From: an uncultured Candidatus Berkelbacteria bacterium
GTDB lineage: Bacteria > Patescibacteriota > UBA1384 > UBA12157 > JAENIV01
Direction: 5' to 3'
Assembly: GCA_963698075.1 (NCBI GenBank)
Contig: OY969116.1
Location: forward strand, 313,010-377,009
Length of the DNA: 64,000 nt
The notes under the pieces were generated by a model that saw only the letters and a list, made by a program, of their open reading frames with translations, did no database searches and was not told the origin of the DNA. Of this stretch, positions 18,110 to 27,040 are shown one piece after another. How positions within the stretch are numbered: position 1 is the first letter of the stretch; every line of letters starts with the position of its first letter. The translations under genes were made by a program, and so were the position numbers.

Positions 18110-18445
18110 ATGGCAGAACCAGACAAAGAGTTTGTGGAAAATGTTGTTAAAGCGATTGTTGATCATCCGGACGATGTCAAAACCAAAAGATCAGTTGATG
18201 AAATGGGAGTCTTGATTGAACTCACCGTTCATCCTGAAGACATGGGCAAAATCATCGGTAAGGAAGGTCGCACCGCTAAAAGTATCCGCACACTTCTTCG
18301 AGTTTTGGGGGCTAAGAACAATGCTCGCGTTAACCTCAAGATTGTTGAACCCGAGGGTGGACGCGAAGTCAAAGTCCCGGCTGAGGAAAAAAGCGAGAAA
18401 GCGGAAAAACCACTTGAGGAAGGCAAAGCGACCGAAGTGGTTTAA
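18110..18445 (+). CDS. KH-domain RNA-binding protein (YlqC/UPF0109-like)
   Basis: GKIIGKEGRTAKSIRTLLR KH GxxG loop; located between rpsP and trmD as in many bacteria. Confidence 0.6.
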   Translation: MAEPDKEFVENVVKAIVDHPDDVKTKRSVDEMGVLIELTVHPEDMGKIIGKEGRTAKSIRTLLRVLGAKNNARVNLKIVEPEGGREVKVPAEEKSEKAEKPLEEGKATEVV

Positions 18446-18532
18446 AACACCCGACTAAATTAAAAAGAAAAATATCGAAAGATCGCCACAATCTTTATAT
18501 TGCTAAATGGCGGTCTTTTGATAAATAATCGT

Positions 18533-19213
18533 ATGAATCGCATGATTTTCCATATAATCACAACCCAACCTTCAATTTATGACTCGTTTCTAAAAACGGG
18601 TCTGGTTGCGCGTGGAATTGATAAAAAGATTATCGATATCAAGATTCAAAATTTATATAAATTTGGTCTTGGTGTTCACAAATCGATTGATGACACCCCT
18701 TACGGCGGTGGCGCCGGGATGATCATTCGCGTCGACGTTATGGATAAGGTCCTGTCGACGCTCAAACGAAAAACGAAAAACGAAAAACGAAAAACTATAT
18801 TATTGACTCCACAGGGAAAGAAGCTCAATCAAAAAATAGCCAAAAGATTAGCTAAAGAAAAAGAGTTAATTTTAATTTCCGGCCGGTTTGAGGGTTATGA
18901 TGAACGAATCCGCCGGCTGGCGGATGAGGAAATTTCTATTGGTGATTATATCTTAACTTCCGGCGATCTACCGGCCATGGTTTTAATTGAGGCGATCTCT
19001 CGCCATGTTTCCGGTTTTATCGAAAAAAAAGAATCGCTCAAATCCGAATCTTTCGAAATGAATCTTTTAGAATATCCCCAATACACGAGACCATTGGAAT
19101 TTAAAGATAAAAGAGTCCCGGAAATTCTTCTTTCCGGTGATCATGCCAAGATTAATAGGTGGCGCGAGATCGAATCTTTGAAACGTACTCATAAAAGACG
19201 ACCTGATTTATAA
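18533..19213 (+). CDS. trmD: tRNA (guanine37-N1)-methyltransferase
   Basis: DDTPYGGGAGM, ISGRFEGYDERI, SIGDYILTSGDLPAM (SPOUT knot) motifs. Confidence 0.8.
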   Translation: MNRMIFHIITTQPSIYDSFLKTGLVARGIDKKIIDIKIQNLYKFGLGVHKSIDDTPYGGGAGMIIRVDVMDKVLSTLKRKTKNEKRKTILLTPQGKKLNQKIAKRLAKEKELILISGRFEGYDERIRRLADEEISIGDYILTSGDLPAMVLIEAISRHVSGFIEKKESLKSESFEMNLLEYPQYTRPLEFKDKRVPEILLSGDHAKINRWREIESLKRTHKRRPDL

Positions 19214-19283
19214 CTATTTGACAAAAATGGAAATCTGGCGTAAAATATTCATAAGGGACGCTATGCGTTCTTAAAGGAGAAAA

Positions 19284-19568
19284 ATGCCCAATTTGCACGA
19301 GATTATTGCCCAGATTCAAAAAGAGCTTTATTGTCCGGTCTGTGGCAAAAACTACGAAATTGGTGAGATTCACGTCAGGGGTCTCTTCGATCAAACCCTC
19401 ATCATTCAGACCGTCTGCGCCAACGGCCATATGACCCTCTTTATGACCACTCTTCGCGGCAAATCTCAGGCAAAAAATTCAATTTCTTCAGATGATATCC
19501 TTGACATCCATAATACCCTGAAGCAATTTGATGGAGATTTTCAAAGCTTATGGAACAACCAACCTTAA
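19284..19568 (+). CDS. Hypothetical small zinc-ribbon protein
   Basis: CPVCG ... CANGH; preceded by TTGACA-17-TAAAAT and aaaggag SD. Confidence 0.3.
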   Translation: MPNLHEIIAQIQKELYCPVCGKNYEIGEIHVRGLFDQTLIIQTVCANGHMTLFMTTLRGKSQAKNSISSDDILDIHNTLKQFDGDFQSLWNNQP

Positions 19569-20287
19569 AAGCAGAGCCCCGCGAGATCTTGGGTAAAAGA
19601 GTTAAAATTTTACGTGGGAAAGATCAAGTTCCCGCTATTTTATATGGTCGCAATTTCAAAAGCGTACCCCTTGTTCTTTCAATTGGTGAGGTCAGCAGGA
19701 TCACCCAAGAAGCAGGTGAGGCCACTTTAATTAATCTTGAAGTCCCGGGCCAGAAACCGATGAAAGTTCTCATCCGCCACCTGCAAAAAGATCCTGTAAG
19801 AGACAACCTAATTCATCTTGATCTTTATAAAGTTGACATGAGCAAAACTATCCAGACGGAAATACCCTTGGAATTTGTGGGTACTTCGGCAGCAGTTAAA
19901 GAACTCGAAGGCAATTTGATTACTAATAAAAATAGCGTCAAAGTCGAGTGTTTACCTGATAAACTCGTTCCTAAAATCGAAGTTGATATTAGCTCGCTTA
20001 AAACTTTCGACGACATTTTACTTGTCAAGGACTTGAAAATTTCCGAAGGTATTAAGGTCATCGATGAAGCGGAAGATGTTGTCGCTCAAGTTACTCCTCC
20101 TCGCTCTGAAGAAGAATTGGCCGCAATGGAAGAGGAGGCCAAAACCGCCGCCACCACCGAAAAAGAACAAATTGAGACGATGGAACAGGCGGCCCAAGCC
20201 GAGACCGCCGCCGAAAAGCCCGAGGAAGCAGCTACTGAAGAAATTGAAGAAAAGCCACCAGTGCCTGAAAAAGGTAAAGAAGAATAA
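19550..20287 (+). CDS. rplY: 50S ribosomal protein L25/general stress protein Ctc, acidic C-terminal tail
   Basis: PAILYGR, LINLEV, HLDLYKV typical of L25/Ctc. Confidence 0.75.
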   Translation: MEQPTLKAEPREILGKRVKILRGKDQVPAILYGRNFKSVPLVLSIGEVSRITQEAGEATLINLEVPGQKPMKVLIRHLQKDPVRDNLIHLDLYKVDMSKTIQTEIPLEFVGTSAAVKELEGNLITNKNSVKVECLPDKLVPKIEVDISSLKTFDDILLVKDLKISEGIKVIDEAEDVVAQVTPPRSEEELAAMEEEAKTAATTEKEQIETMEQAAQAETAAEKPEEAATEEIEEKPPVPEKGKEE

Positions 20288-20339
20288 AGAAACAAGAAGG
20301 GGCCCCGGAGGGGCTTCTTCTTTAAGATAATCAAGGGAG

Positions 20340-20636
20340 GTGAAGCCGACTATGGGCGCAGCCATGCGGACGAGGCGGCAAGAAACAACCATCCAAGAGT
20401 TCTGCGAGTCCGTTTATCGGGCCATTGTCTCACAGCTCGAAAACGCTGGCAGAACTAGCCAAGCACACGATCCCAACATAAGGAACGAAGTGCTTTGGCA
20501 CGCCTCGAAGCTTTGGGATGGAACTCATCCCCAGTATCGAGGCACGACCCGTAGGAGCAGGAAGCGGGTAACCGAGTTGGTCTACAAACTAGTAACCTCG
20601 GGCGAGGAAACCAATGCAGCAAAACAGGCGACATAA
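20340..20636 (+). CDS. Hypothetical GC-rich small ORF (could alternatively be a structured RNA)
   Basis: 98-aa ORF in a roughly 350-bp stretch of clearly elevated GC. No motif I can recognise. Confidence 0.2.
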   Translation: MKPTMGAAMRTRRQETTIQEFCESVYRAIVSQLENAGRTSQAHDPNIRNEVLWHASKLWDGTHPQYRGTTRRSRKRVTELVYKLVTSGEETNAAKQAT

Positions 20637-20650
20637 CCACCCCGCAGTTC

Positions 20651-20689
20651 GGCCCTGAGTTTTACCATCAAGCTCAGGGCCACCCTTTT
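20651..20689 (+). terminator. Hairpin ggccctgag-N13-ctcagggcc followed by accctttt
   Basis: Perfect 9-bp stem then T-run. Confidence 0.4.
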
Positions 20690-20697
20690 AAAAAACG

Positions 20698-21780
20698 ATG
20701 AAATATTTTATCTTTACACTCGGCTGCCAAATGAATGTGAGCGATTCAGAACGGATCGCCACCATTTTAGAAAAGCGGGGATACTCTCCGAACGCTGAGA
20801 AAGTGGCCGATTTAATTATCGTCAACGCTTGTTCGGTCCGCCAAAAGGCGGTTGACCGAATTTGGGGCAAAGTCAAAATTTGGCAACTGCACCATAAAAA
20901 AATTTTATTAACTGGCTGTGTTTTGCCTGCCGACCGCAAAAAATTTGCCGAAAAGGGGATTGGTTACTTAAACTTTTATGATGATAATTTTTTTGATATT
21001 GTCCCTAAAAACCTATCCCCTATAACCTATATACCGATCATGACTGGCTGTGATAATTTTTGCTCTTATTGTGCCGTCCCCTACACTCGCGGCCGCGAAA
21101 AATCCCGACCGGTAAAAGATATCTTGGACGATGTCAAACGTGCTCTCAAAGACAAATCTAAGGAAATATTATTGTTGGGCCAAAATGTCAATTCTTATGG
21201 AAAACTAAAAAGTAAAAACTCAAAAGTTAAAACTTCAACTAAAAAGTTAAAAGATAATAAAGAATTTATAAAACTATTAAAATCCATTGATAATCTGCCT
21301 GGAAATTTTAAGTTCAACTTTATTTCATCTAATCCCCATGATATGGACGATGAACTGATTAAAACTTTTGCTAAATTAAAAAAATGGCCCCGAGAACTTC
21401 ATCTGCCGCTCCAATCCGGTGATGACGAAATTCTACACAAAATGAATCGCAAATATACTAGCGCTCAATATCTTAAACTAATTGAAAATTTAAAATTTTC
21501 GCCGAAGGCAGGCATGCAAATTGAAAATTTATCTTTAACCACCGATATCATCGTCGGTTTTCCTGGTGAGACCAAAAAACAATTCGAAAATACTCTAAAA
21601 CTTTGTAAAAAAGTCAAGTTCGATAAAGCCTACATTGCCCAGTATTCCCCTCGCCCCGGCACCGCGGCAGCCGAATTTAGAGATGATGTTTTATCAACCG
21701 AGAAAAAAAGAAGATGGGAATTACTCGATAGCTTAATCAACAAAAAAACGACGGCTTGCCCCGTTAATGACGCACTGTGA
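20698..21780 (+). CDS. MiaB/RimO-family radical SAM methylthiotransferase (short form)
   Basis: N-terminal MTTase domain FTLGCQMN; radical SAM CDNFCSYCAVP. Confidence 0.7.
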   Translation: MKYFIFTLGCQMNVSDSERIATILEKRGYSPNAEKVADLIIVNACSVRQKAVDRIWGKVKIWQLHHKKILLTGCVLPADRKKFAEKGIGYLNFYDDNFFDIVPKNLSPITYIPIMTGCDNFCSYCAVPYTRGREKSRPVKDILDDVKRALKDKSKEILLLGQNVNSYGKLKSKNSKVKTSTKKLKDNKEFIKLLKSIDNLPGNFKFNFISSNPHDMDDELIKTFAKLKKWPRELHLPLQSGDDEILHKMNRKYTSAQYLKLIENLKFSPKAGMQIENLSLTTDIIVGFPGETKKQFENTLKLCKKVKFDKAYIAQYSPRPGTAAAEFRDDVLSTEKKRRWELLDSLINKKTTACPVNDAL

Positions 21781-21823
21781 TAACACTATGTAATAGGTTT
21801 CGCAGTAAGGAATTTTACGGGGT
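21759..21823. repeat. 65-bp repeat copy 1 (CCCCG...CGGGGT closed) overlapping the last 7 codons of the MiaB-like gene
   Basis: About 83% identical to 57850-57914: ccccgttaat..cgcact..ataa.actatg.aatag.ttt...agtaaggaatttt.cggggt. Confidence 0.4.
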
Positions 21824-21858
21824 GGCAGGTCTTAGAGAACTTGATTAATAAATAATAA

Positions 21859-22434
21859 TTAGTACTCTTCATATTTAACTTTTTTGGGAAAAAGCAAAAT
21901 GTACGGATAACCGTTGTAGTTTCGTATGATTTTACCAACTCCCAATTTTTTTAAAAATTGAATCATCTCGTTGGTAATTTCTACCGGCCTTTTAGTAGTT
22001 TTTCCCGCGAATTCGACCTCCACAAACTCACCCAATTTTTTTACTTGGGCGACTGAAATGATATAGGACTTGAATCTATAATCCAGACGTTTTTTATCGA
22101 CAACAACGATTGGTTTAAAATTGAGCGCTTTTAAAATCAATTTGAGTTGCTCCATATCATCTACAGCACTTTCATACTCATCCGAATAATGGCTTCTGTC
22201 ATCTTCGTCTACATGCCAATATTTATAATTAATTGAATTTCCTTTATCAGTCTGTCTTAATCGAAGCCATTCGACAGCCGGATATTTCTTGAGAAAATCC
22301 CGGTGAGTCGGTGTGTAATAATAATCAATTTGCCGGCTTTTACGCAACAATTTTGCCTTTTTGTTTAAAAAAGCTTTCAGGGGTCGAATATTTTCTAGCT
22401 GCACTTGGATTTCAATTTCAATAATTTTAGCCAT
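21859..22434 (-). CDS. CYTH-domain protein (class IV adenylate cyclase/thiamine triphosphatase-like)
   Basis: N-terminal IEIEIQV (ExExK-like) signature; about 190 aa. Confidence 0.55.
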   Translation of the reverse strand: MAKIIEIEIQVQLENIRPLKAFLNKKAKLLRKSRQIDYYYTPTHRDFLKKYPAVEWLRLRQTDKGNSINYKYWHVDEDDRSHYSDEYESAVDDMEQLKLILKALNFKPIVVVDKKRLDYRFKSYIISVAQVKKLGEFVEVEFAGKTTKRPVEITNEMIQFLKKLGVGKIIRNYNGYPYILLFPKKVKYEEY

Positions 22435-22499
22435 AGACAATTTTAAATTCATCATCAAAATATATCAAATTATGATTTTTGACAACTTAAGAGCAGGTC

Positions 22500-23642
22500 T
22501 TAGATTAGTTCATCTTGATCCGGACCTTGAATCCCCTTCTTCTTTCGATACCAGTTCCAAATAAGATAGGCAATGATGGTAATTAAAATTCCGGCCCCAA
22601 GAATGATTAAGGCTATTTTAGTCGACTGATTCAAGCCGGCAACTTGAACTTCGGGGCTGGCCGAAGGTATCGGTGAGCCAAATTCTTCTGGAGAGGTAAG
22701 GCCGGCTGACTCGGCGGCTGAAGGCGTGATTTGATTTGGTGTAGGCTCAACTTGGCCAATTATCGGTGGAGTTTCCGGTGATTGACTAACTGAAGTAGGA
22801 GTGGAAGTTGGCGTTGGTGTTGGTTGGGCCGCGGTTGGTGTATTTCCCTCTGGAGGAGGTGTCGACTGACACTCAGTGTTTTCAGAACATTGATTGGTTC
22901 CTTCACCCTCAATTGTATCGCAGGTTTGGCTATTGGAATTGCACACTCTATGGGTTTTTGGTTGGCAATCGGCATTAATCGCACATTCGTTGGTTCCAGC
23001 GCCGCTAATGGTTTCACAGACACGATTGGTAGTATTGCAAACCGTGTGGGTAGATTCTTCGGGGCCGGTGACATCATAAGTGCCGTTGACAACATTGGCC
23101 AAGATGCAGGTACCGTCGACCATCGAAATTATATTCGTATCATTTGTCGCCCCAGGAGTGAAATCAAAATATACCTGTGAAGCCGTTATCGGCTTTAAAG
23201 CTTTGAAGGTTGCGGTCGCAAAAATGCCGCTGCCAGTCCAGCCGGGAGAATTTTGTTCGGTTTTGACCATCCCCGAAAGGGCAATTTTTCCCGGATGGGA
23301 GTCAACTCGTTCGCCCATATAAATATCAAAAATAGTACCATTTTGAATTTGGACCCCGTCCTGATTTGGATCAGCGTCCTGAACTTCTAAAACTCCCGGA
23401 TCATAATTGAGATAAAAAAGATCTACCCCGACCACTGGCTGATTATCGGTATTAACTCTGATATTAACATTAAAAGTTTGGCCTTGAGCTACAATCAGCG
23501 AATTTGGTTGCAGCTCTAACGATGGGCCAGCCGCGGCCTCGGGTTTAATCTTACCTGTTTTCAATAGGTAGATTAAAGCTCCGATCAAAGCGATAACTAA
23601 AATAATGGCTAACCCAATAAAGATAAATTTCTTTTTGGCCAT
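22500..23642 (-). CDS. Membrane-anchored surface protein: cohesin-like domain, two Cys-rich repeats, P/T linker, C-terminal TM
   Basis: N-terminal TM then NVNIRVNTD...QVYFDFTPGATNDTN, a cohesin-like beta-sandwich paralogous to the next gene. VCNTTNRVCETISGAGTNECAINADCQ and VCNSNSQTCDTIEGEGTNQCSENTECQ repeats. Confidence 0.5.
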   Translation of the reverse strand: MAKKKFIFIGLAIILVIALIGALIYLLKTGKIKPEAAAGPSLELQPNSLIVAQGQTFNVNIRVNTDNQPVVGVDLFYLNYDPGVLEVQDADPNQDGVQIQNGTIFDIYMGERVDSHPGKIALSGMVKTEQNSPGWTGSGIFATATFKALKPITASQVYFDFTPGATNDTNIISMVDGTCILANVVNGTYDVTGPEESTHTVCNTTNRVCETISGAGTNECAINADCQPKTHRVCNSNSQTCDTIEGEGTNQCSENTECQSTPPPEGNTPTAAQPTPTPTSTPTSVSQSPETPPIIGQVEPTPNQITPSAAESAGLTSPEEFGSPIPSASPEVQVAGLNQSTKIALIILGAGILITIIAYLIWNWYRKKKGIQGPDQDELI

Positions 23643-23662
23643 CTATGCTCCTTTAATGATAT

Positions 23663-24700
23663 TTATTGATCTTGTAATAACCAGTTTAAACTTAACCAGG
23701 CAAAATCACTAGTGTTGACGATCCCATCCTTATTAATATCAGCCGAAGCCGTATTCTTAAACCAATTAACTAATAAAACTTGATAGTCGGCGGTGTTGAT
23801 AATATTATCGCCGTTGAGTTCTCCAGCTCTTAACTCGCCAAAATCAAGCGTTAAAGGATTGGTTAAAGGTTTATTAATCAGCGCATTGATTAGGTACATT
23901 CCCACTTTAATTCTAAAATCGTAGTTGCCGGCCGGTACACCGGTTAAAGTGAGACTGCCAACACCACTAGCATTGGTCGTCACATCTGTTTTTTCAAAAA
24001 TTTTAGTCGTCGTGCCGGTATTGTAGACTCTAAAGACCGTGCCACTAGTTGAAAAATCACTTCTCCCCTGAAGTTTTAAATTTATGGTGGTTGGTACGTC
24101 AGCGGGGACAAGGCTATAGCTTCCGTTAGTGACTGATAAAAGAATTTCCGCTGGCGGCACGTACGGCGACAAGGTTCCGGCTGACATCACGTTAGTATCG
24201 TTGGTCGCTCCTAAAGTAAAGTTAAAAGTCACCGGACTTGTTGCTGTCCGCAGAACTTTAAAGGTAATCGTGGCCAAAATCGCCGTCCCCGCACCGGTTG
24301 AATAACCTGTTGTACCGGGGTCAATCATGGCCGAATAATATATTTTTCCCAGTGTACTATCAACCGAATTGATCGCCACATTTTTATAAACCGTGGGGGT
24401 GTTGGCTTTAATCTGGACTCCGGCCGCGACGCTATCAGCGTCCTGAACTTCTAAATCTTGGGGATTATAATTTAACATTACATCCGTGCCTGAAGTTAAA
24501 CGCGAATTAGTATTGAGCAAAATATCGACATTGAAATTAGTGCCGATTATTTTGGTCCCGGAGTTTGGCGATAAAGCTAAAGTCGCCACTTCTCCCGCCG
24601 CAAAAGGTTTAATCTTACCGGTCCTGGCCATATAAATAATAAATCCGACTACAATAATCATCAGGACGATCAAAATCGCTAAAATAAATTTTTTCCTCAT
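23663..24700 (-). CDS. Cohesin-like + Ig-like + dockerin-domain surface protein
   Basis: C-terminal GELNGDNIINTADYQVLLVNWFK...ADINKDGIVNTSDFAWLSLNW are two dockerin-type Ca-binding repeats. N-terminal region paralogous to the upstream gene. Confidence 0.6.
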   Translation of the reverse strand: MRKKFILAILIVLMIIVVGFIIYMARTGKIKPFAAGEVATLALSPNSGTKIIGTNFNVDILLNTNSRLTSGTDVMLNYNPQDLEVQDADSVAAGVQIKANTPTVYKNVAINSVDSTLGKIYYSAMIDPGTTGYSTGAGTAILATITFKVLRTATSPVTFNFTLGATNDTNVMSAGTLSPYVPPAEILLSVTNGSYSLVPADVPTTINLKLQGRSDFSTSGTVFRVYNTGTTTKIFEKTDVTTNASGVGSLTLTGVPAGNYDFRIKVGMYLINALINKPLTNPLTLDFGELRAGELNGDNIINTADYQVLLVNWFKNTASADINKDGIVNTSDFAWLSLNWLLQDQ

Positions 24701-24717
24701 TTTTTACCTCCAATTAA

Positions 24718-25402
24718 TTATTGATCTTGTTGTAACCAATTTTGTGACAACCAAGCAAAATCGGCGGTATTAACGATTCCATCTTTATTAATATCGGCGG
24801 TTGCGTTGCTTGTAAACCAATTGACTAAAAGTATTTGATAATCAGCCGTATTAATAATATTGTCATTATTTAAAGCTCCGCCTCTTAATTCGCCGAAAGA
24901 AAAGCGTCATCGGATTCGAAAACGTTTTATTTGTTAAAGCGGTCACGAGATACATATTAACTTTTATTTTAAAATCGTAATTGCTGCCCACATTGAGTCC
25001 GGTGGGCACAACTGTCGCATTGCCTGAAGCATCAGTGGCGACGTTGTTTTGTTCGAAAACGAGCGTTGTTGTCCCAGGGATAAAAACTTTCAAATCGGTG
25101 TTGGTGGTCGAAAAATCAGTTCTTCCTTGAAGTTTAAGATTCAAATTTATAGTCGTGCCTGTCGGGCTGGGTGAAGGTGGGGGGGTCGTAACGGTCGTCG
25201 TCACCGTATTGCTTTGAGCTGATTTGTCCACGCCTCCTTCTTGATAATATATGGTCGCGGTGTTGGTAATATCATTTCCGGCGGCAAAAATGTTGAAAAA
25301 TTTATTCGCAATTAAAATTCCCGCAACAATAATAATTACTAATAGAATTATCCCAAGTTGGATTTTTCTTTTTCGAGGGATTTTTTTAAAAAAACGAATC
25401 AA
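24718..25402 (-). pseudogene. Dockerin-bearing paralog interrupted by a +1 frameshift near 24893-24905
   Basis: ORF 24866-25402 ends ...NPMTLFFRRIKRRSFK*. The -1 frame continues FGELRGGALNNDNIINTADYQILLVNWFTSNATADINKDGIVNTADFAWLSQNWLQQDQ* (dockerin), about 85% DNA identity to the 3' end of 23663-24700. Confidence 0.5.
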
Positions 25403-25478
25403 TACTCTAATATCCCCTCCTATTACTAGGGGATTTATCTAACATTATTGTCTAACTATCAGAAGAATATGTCAAGGT

Positions 25479-26975
25479 TTAATTTATTCTCACCTGAAAT
25501 GTTACCGTTCCCGAACCCCCGGCAGCCAAAGTTCCTAAGTTCCAGATGACTTTGGTACCATCAAAAGTCCCACCACTACTAGCCGAACCAGTAACGTAAG
25601 TCGTGCCATTGGGGATAAAATCTTCAAATCTAACATTGGTGTAAGGATTAGTTGACCCATTAGAATAATTTAACGTATAGGTTAATATTCCCCCTGTTTG
25701 CGCGGTAATCTTATCGACAGACTTGGTAACAACCAATGGCCCTACACAGGGATTGGGATAAGAATTAGGAGATATGGCGTTATTAATCTTGCCTCCGCCT
25801 GCCAAGGCATTCCATAAAGCCGTTTGTTCATCAGTGTCCCAGGTCCAAAAAAGCGCACCCTTAAAACCGAAGTTGCAAATGGCCGCTAAATGACTTCGGA
25901 GCATCGCCGCCGCTTGATCAAGATTAGGGTAGGAATATTTCAAAGCGCCAAACTCACCCACAAGACGGGGCTTATCTTTACCCAGTAGTCCAATCTCGGC
26001 TGAATTTAAATCAAGAGTAAGATCGTAACTCGTTCCAAGTGGATATTGGTGAATATCAATAAGATCGAGGTTCGAATCATACAGCGCTGTTGGCCTAAAA
26101 GGTGATCTAGGATCGGGATGTTCCGAATTAGTCGGTGCCACTCCGTCAAAGCCATCGCGTCCGACAGCTTTAGGAGTAAAAACACTGGTCTCTACTAAAA
26201 CATTTGGGTCCATACTTTTGATACCTTCTGTCATTTGGTTAACCCAATATTTAGCACTATTATCGGCGGCTAGCTGACGGCTAGTCGTGCTTGCCATATC
26301 ATAAGTACCTCCTTCTGCTGGTGTGACAAGTCCACTTGTCATCGAAAATGGCTCGACATTCGACTCAAAACGTCCCTCATTCCAAGGATCCCAAGAAAAT
26401 ATTGTCGAAAGTAAACTTGAATCAGTATTTTTTATATATTCAACCAGGTCAATCATCATCTCTTTATAGGCGACAACATATCTCTGACTCATAAAGATAG
26501 TATTTACCCCTCCGCCCTCGGCGTGAGGAGTCGGCGGTAAAGACCAGACAAAATAATAGTAATTCGAAGGTAACCATTCAGTTGTAATAATCACATAGAT
26601 TCCATGGGCGCGGGCACGCCTCATAAAATCAAGAAGATTGGTCATATAAGCTGGGTCAACTCCTGGCACTGTCAAGGCGCCGCCAAGGACTCTGGTATCG
26701 AGGAAAACACGCGTGATGTTATAGCCATTGTTTTGCATTTGTCCTAATGCCAGCTCTGATCTGGCTGCATCATAGCTTCCCGGATTAAACAAATTATGAT
26801 AGCCGTCGATCGCATCAAGCCGAATATAATTGTTGCCCCTTGGAGTAAAAGTGTTACCGGTCACGGTATCATAAAACTCTCCGTAATGATCAGCACCAAC
26901 TCTCGTGCCGATACGATGAGAAACTAAATCTTCGGCCAAAACTGCCTTAATATGGTATTTGGCCGGAAATATCAA
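25479..26975 (-). CDS. Glycoside hydrolase family 5-like enzyme with C-terminal Ig-like (DUF11-type) domain; apparent TTG start
   Basis: (beta/alpha)8-type motifs NEGR, GEFG. C-terminal TYTLNYSNGS...GSGTVTFQVRI domain shared with 27041-29287. No in-frame ATG between the upstream stop and TTG 26975. Confidence 0.6.
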   Translation of the reverse strand: MIFPAKYHIKAVLAEDLVSHRIGTRVGADHYGEFYDTVTGNTFTPRGNNYIRLDAIDGYHNLFNPGSYDAARSELALGQMQNNGYNITRVFLDTRVLGGALTVPGVDPAYMTNLLDFMRRARAHGIYVIITTEWLPSNYYYFVWSLPPTPHAEGGGVNTIFMSQRYVVAYKEMMIDLVEYIKNTDSSLLSTIFSWDPWNEGRFESNVEPFSMTSGLVTPAEGGTYDMASTTSRQLAADNSAKYWVNQMTEGIKSMDPNVLVETSVFTPKAVGRDGFDGVAPTNSEHPDPRSPFRPTALYDSNLDLIDIHQYPLGTSYDLTLDLNSAEIGLLGKDKPRLVGEFGALKYSYPNLDQAAAMLRSHLAAICNFGFKGALFWTWDTDEQTALWNALAGGGKINNAISPNSYPNPCVGPLVVTKSVDKITAQTGGILTYTLNYSNGSTNPYTNVRFEDFIPNGTTYVTGSASSGGTFDGTKVIWNLGTLAAGGSGTVTFQVRIN

Positions 26976-27040
26976 AAGAGTACCAATTAAATATATTGTC
27001 AGTAAAGATGTAGTAAATTGTTTTGTTTGAATAATTTTAC

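Noticed and set aside
18768-18795. Short tandem repeats (heptamer in trmD; agaaatt x3 at 37071-37091) as CRISPR arrays
   Set aside because: Units of 7 nt without spacers. No repeat-spacer architecture anywhere in the window and no cas genes.
20340-20690. Possible RNase P RNA or tmRNA because of GC-rich, gene-free appearance and terminal hairpin
   Set aside because: No GGAAAGUCCGGGCU/ACAGAA.CCGGCUUA P4 strands on either strand and no GGUUCGA T-loop with acceptor pairing. A bona fide tmRNA is present at 38063-38365.
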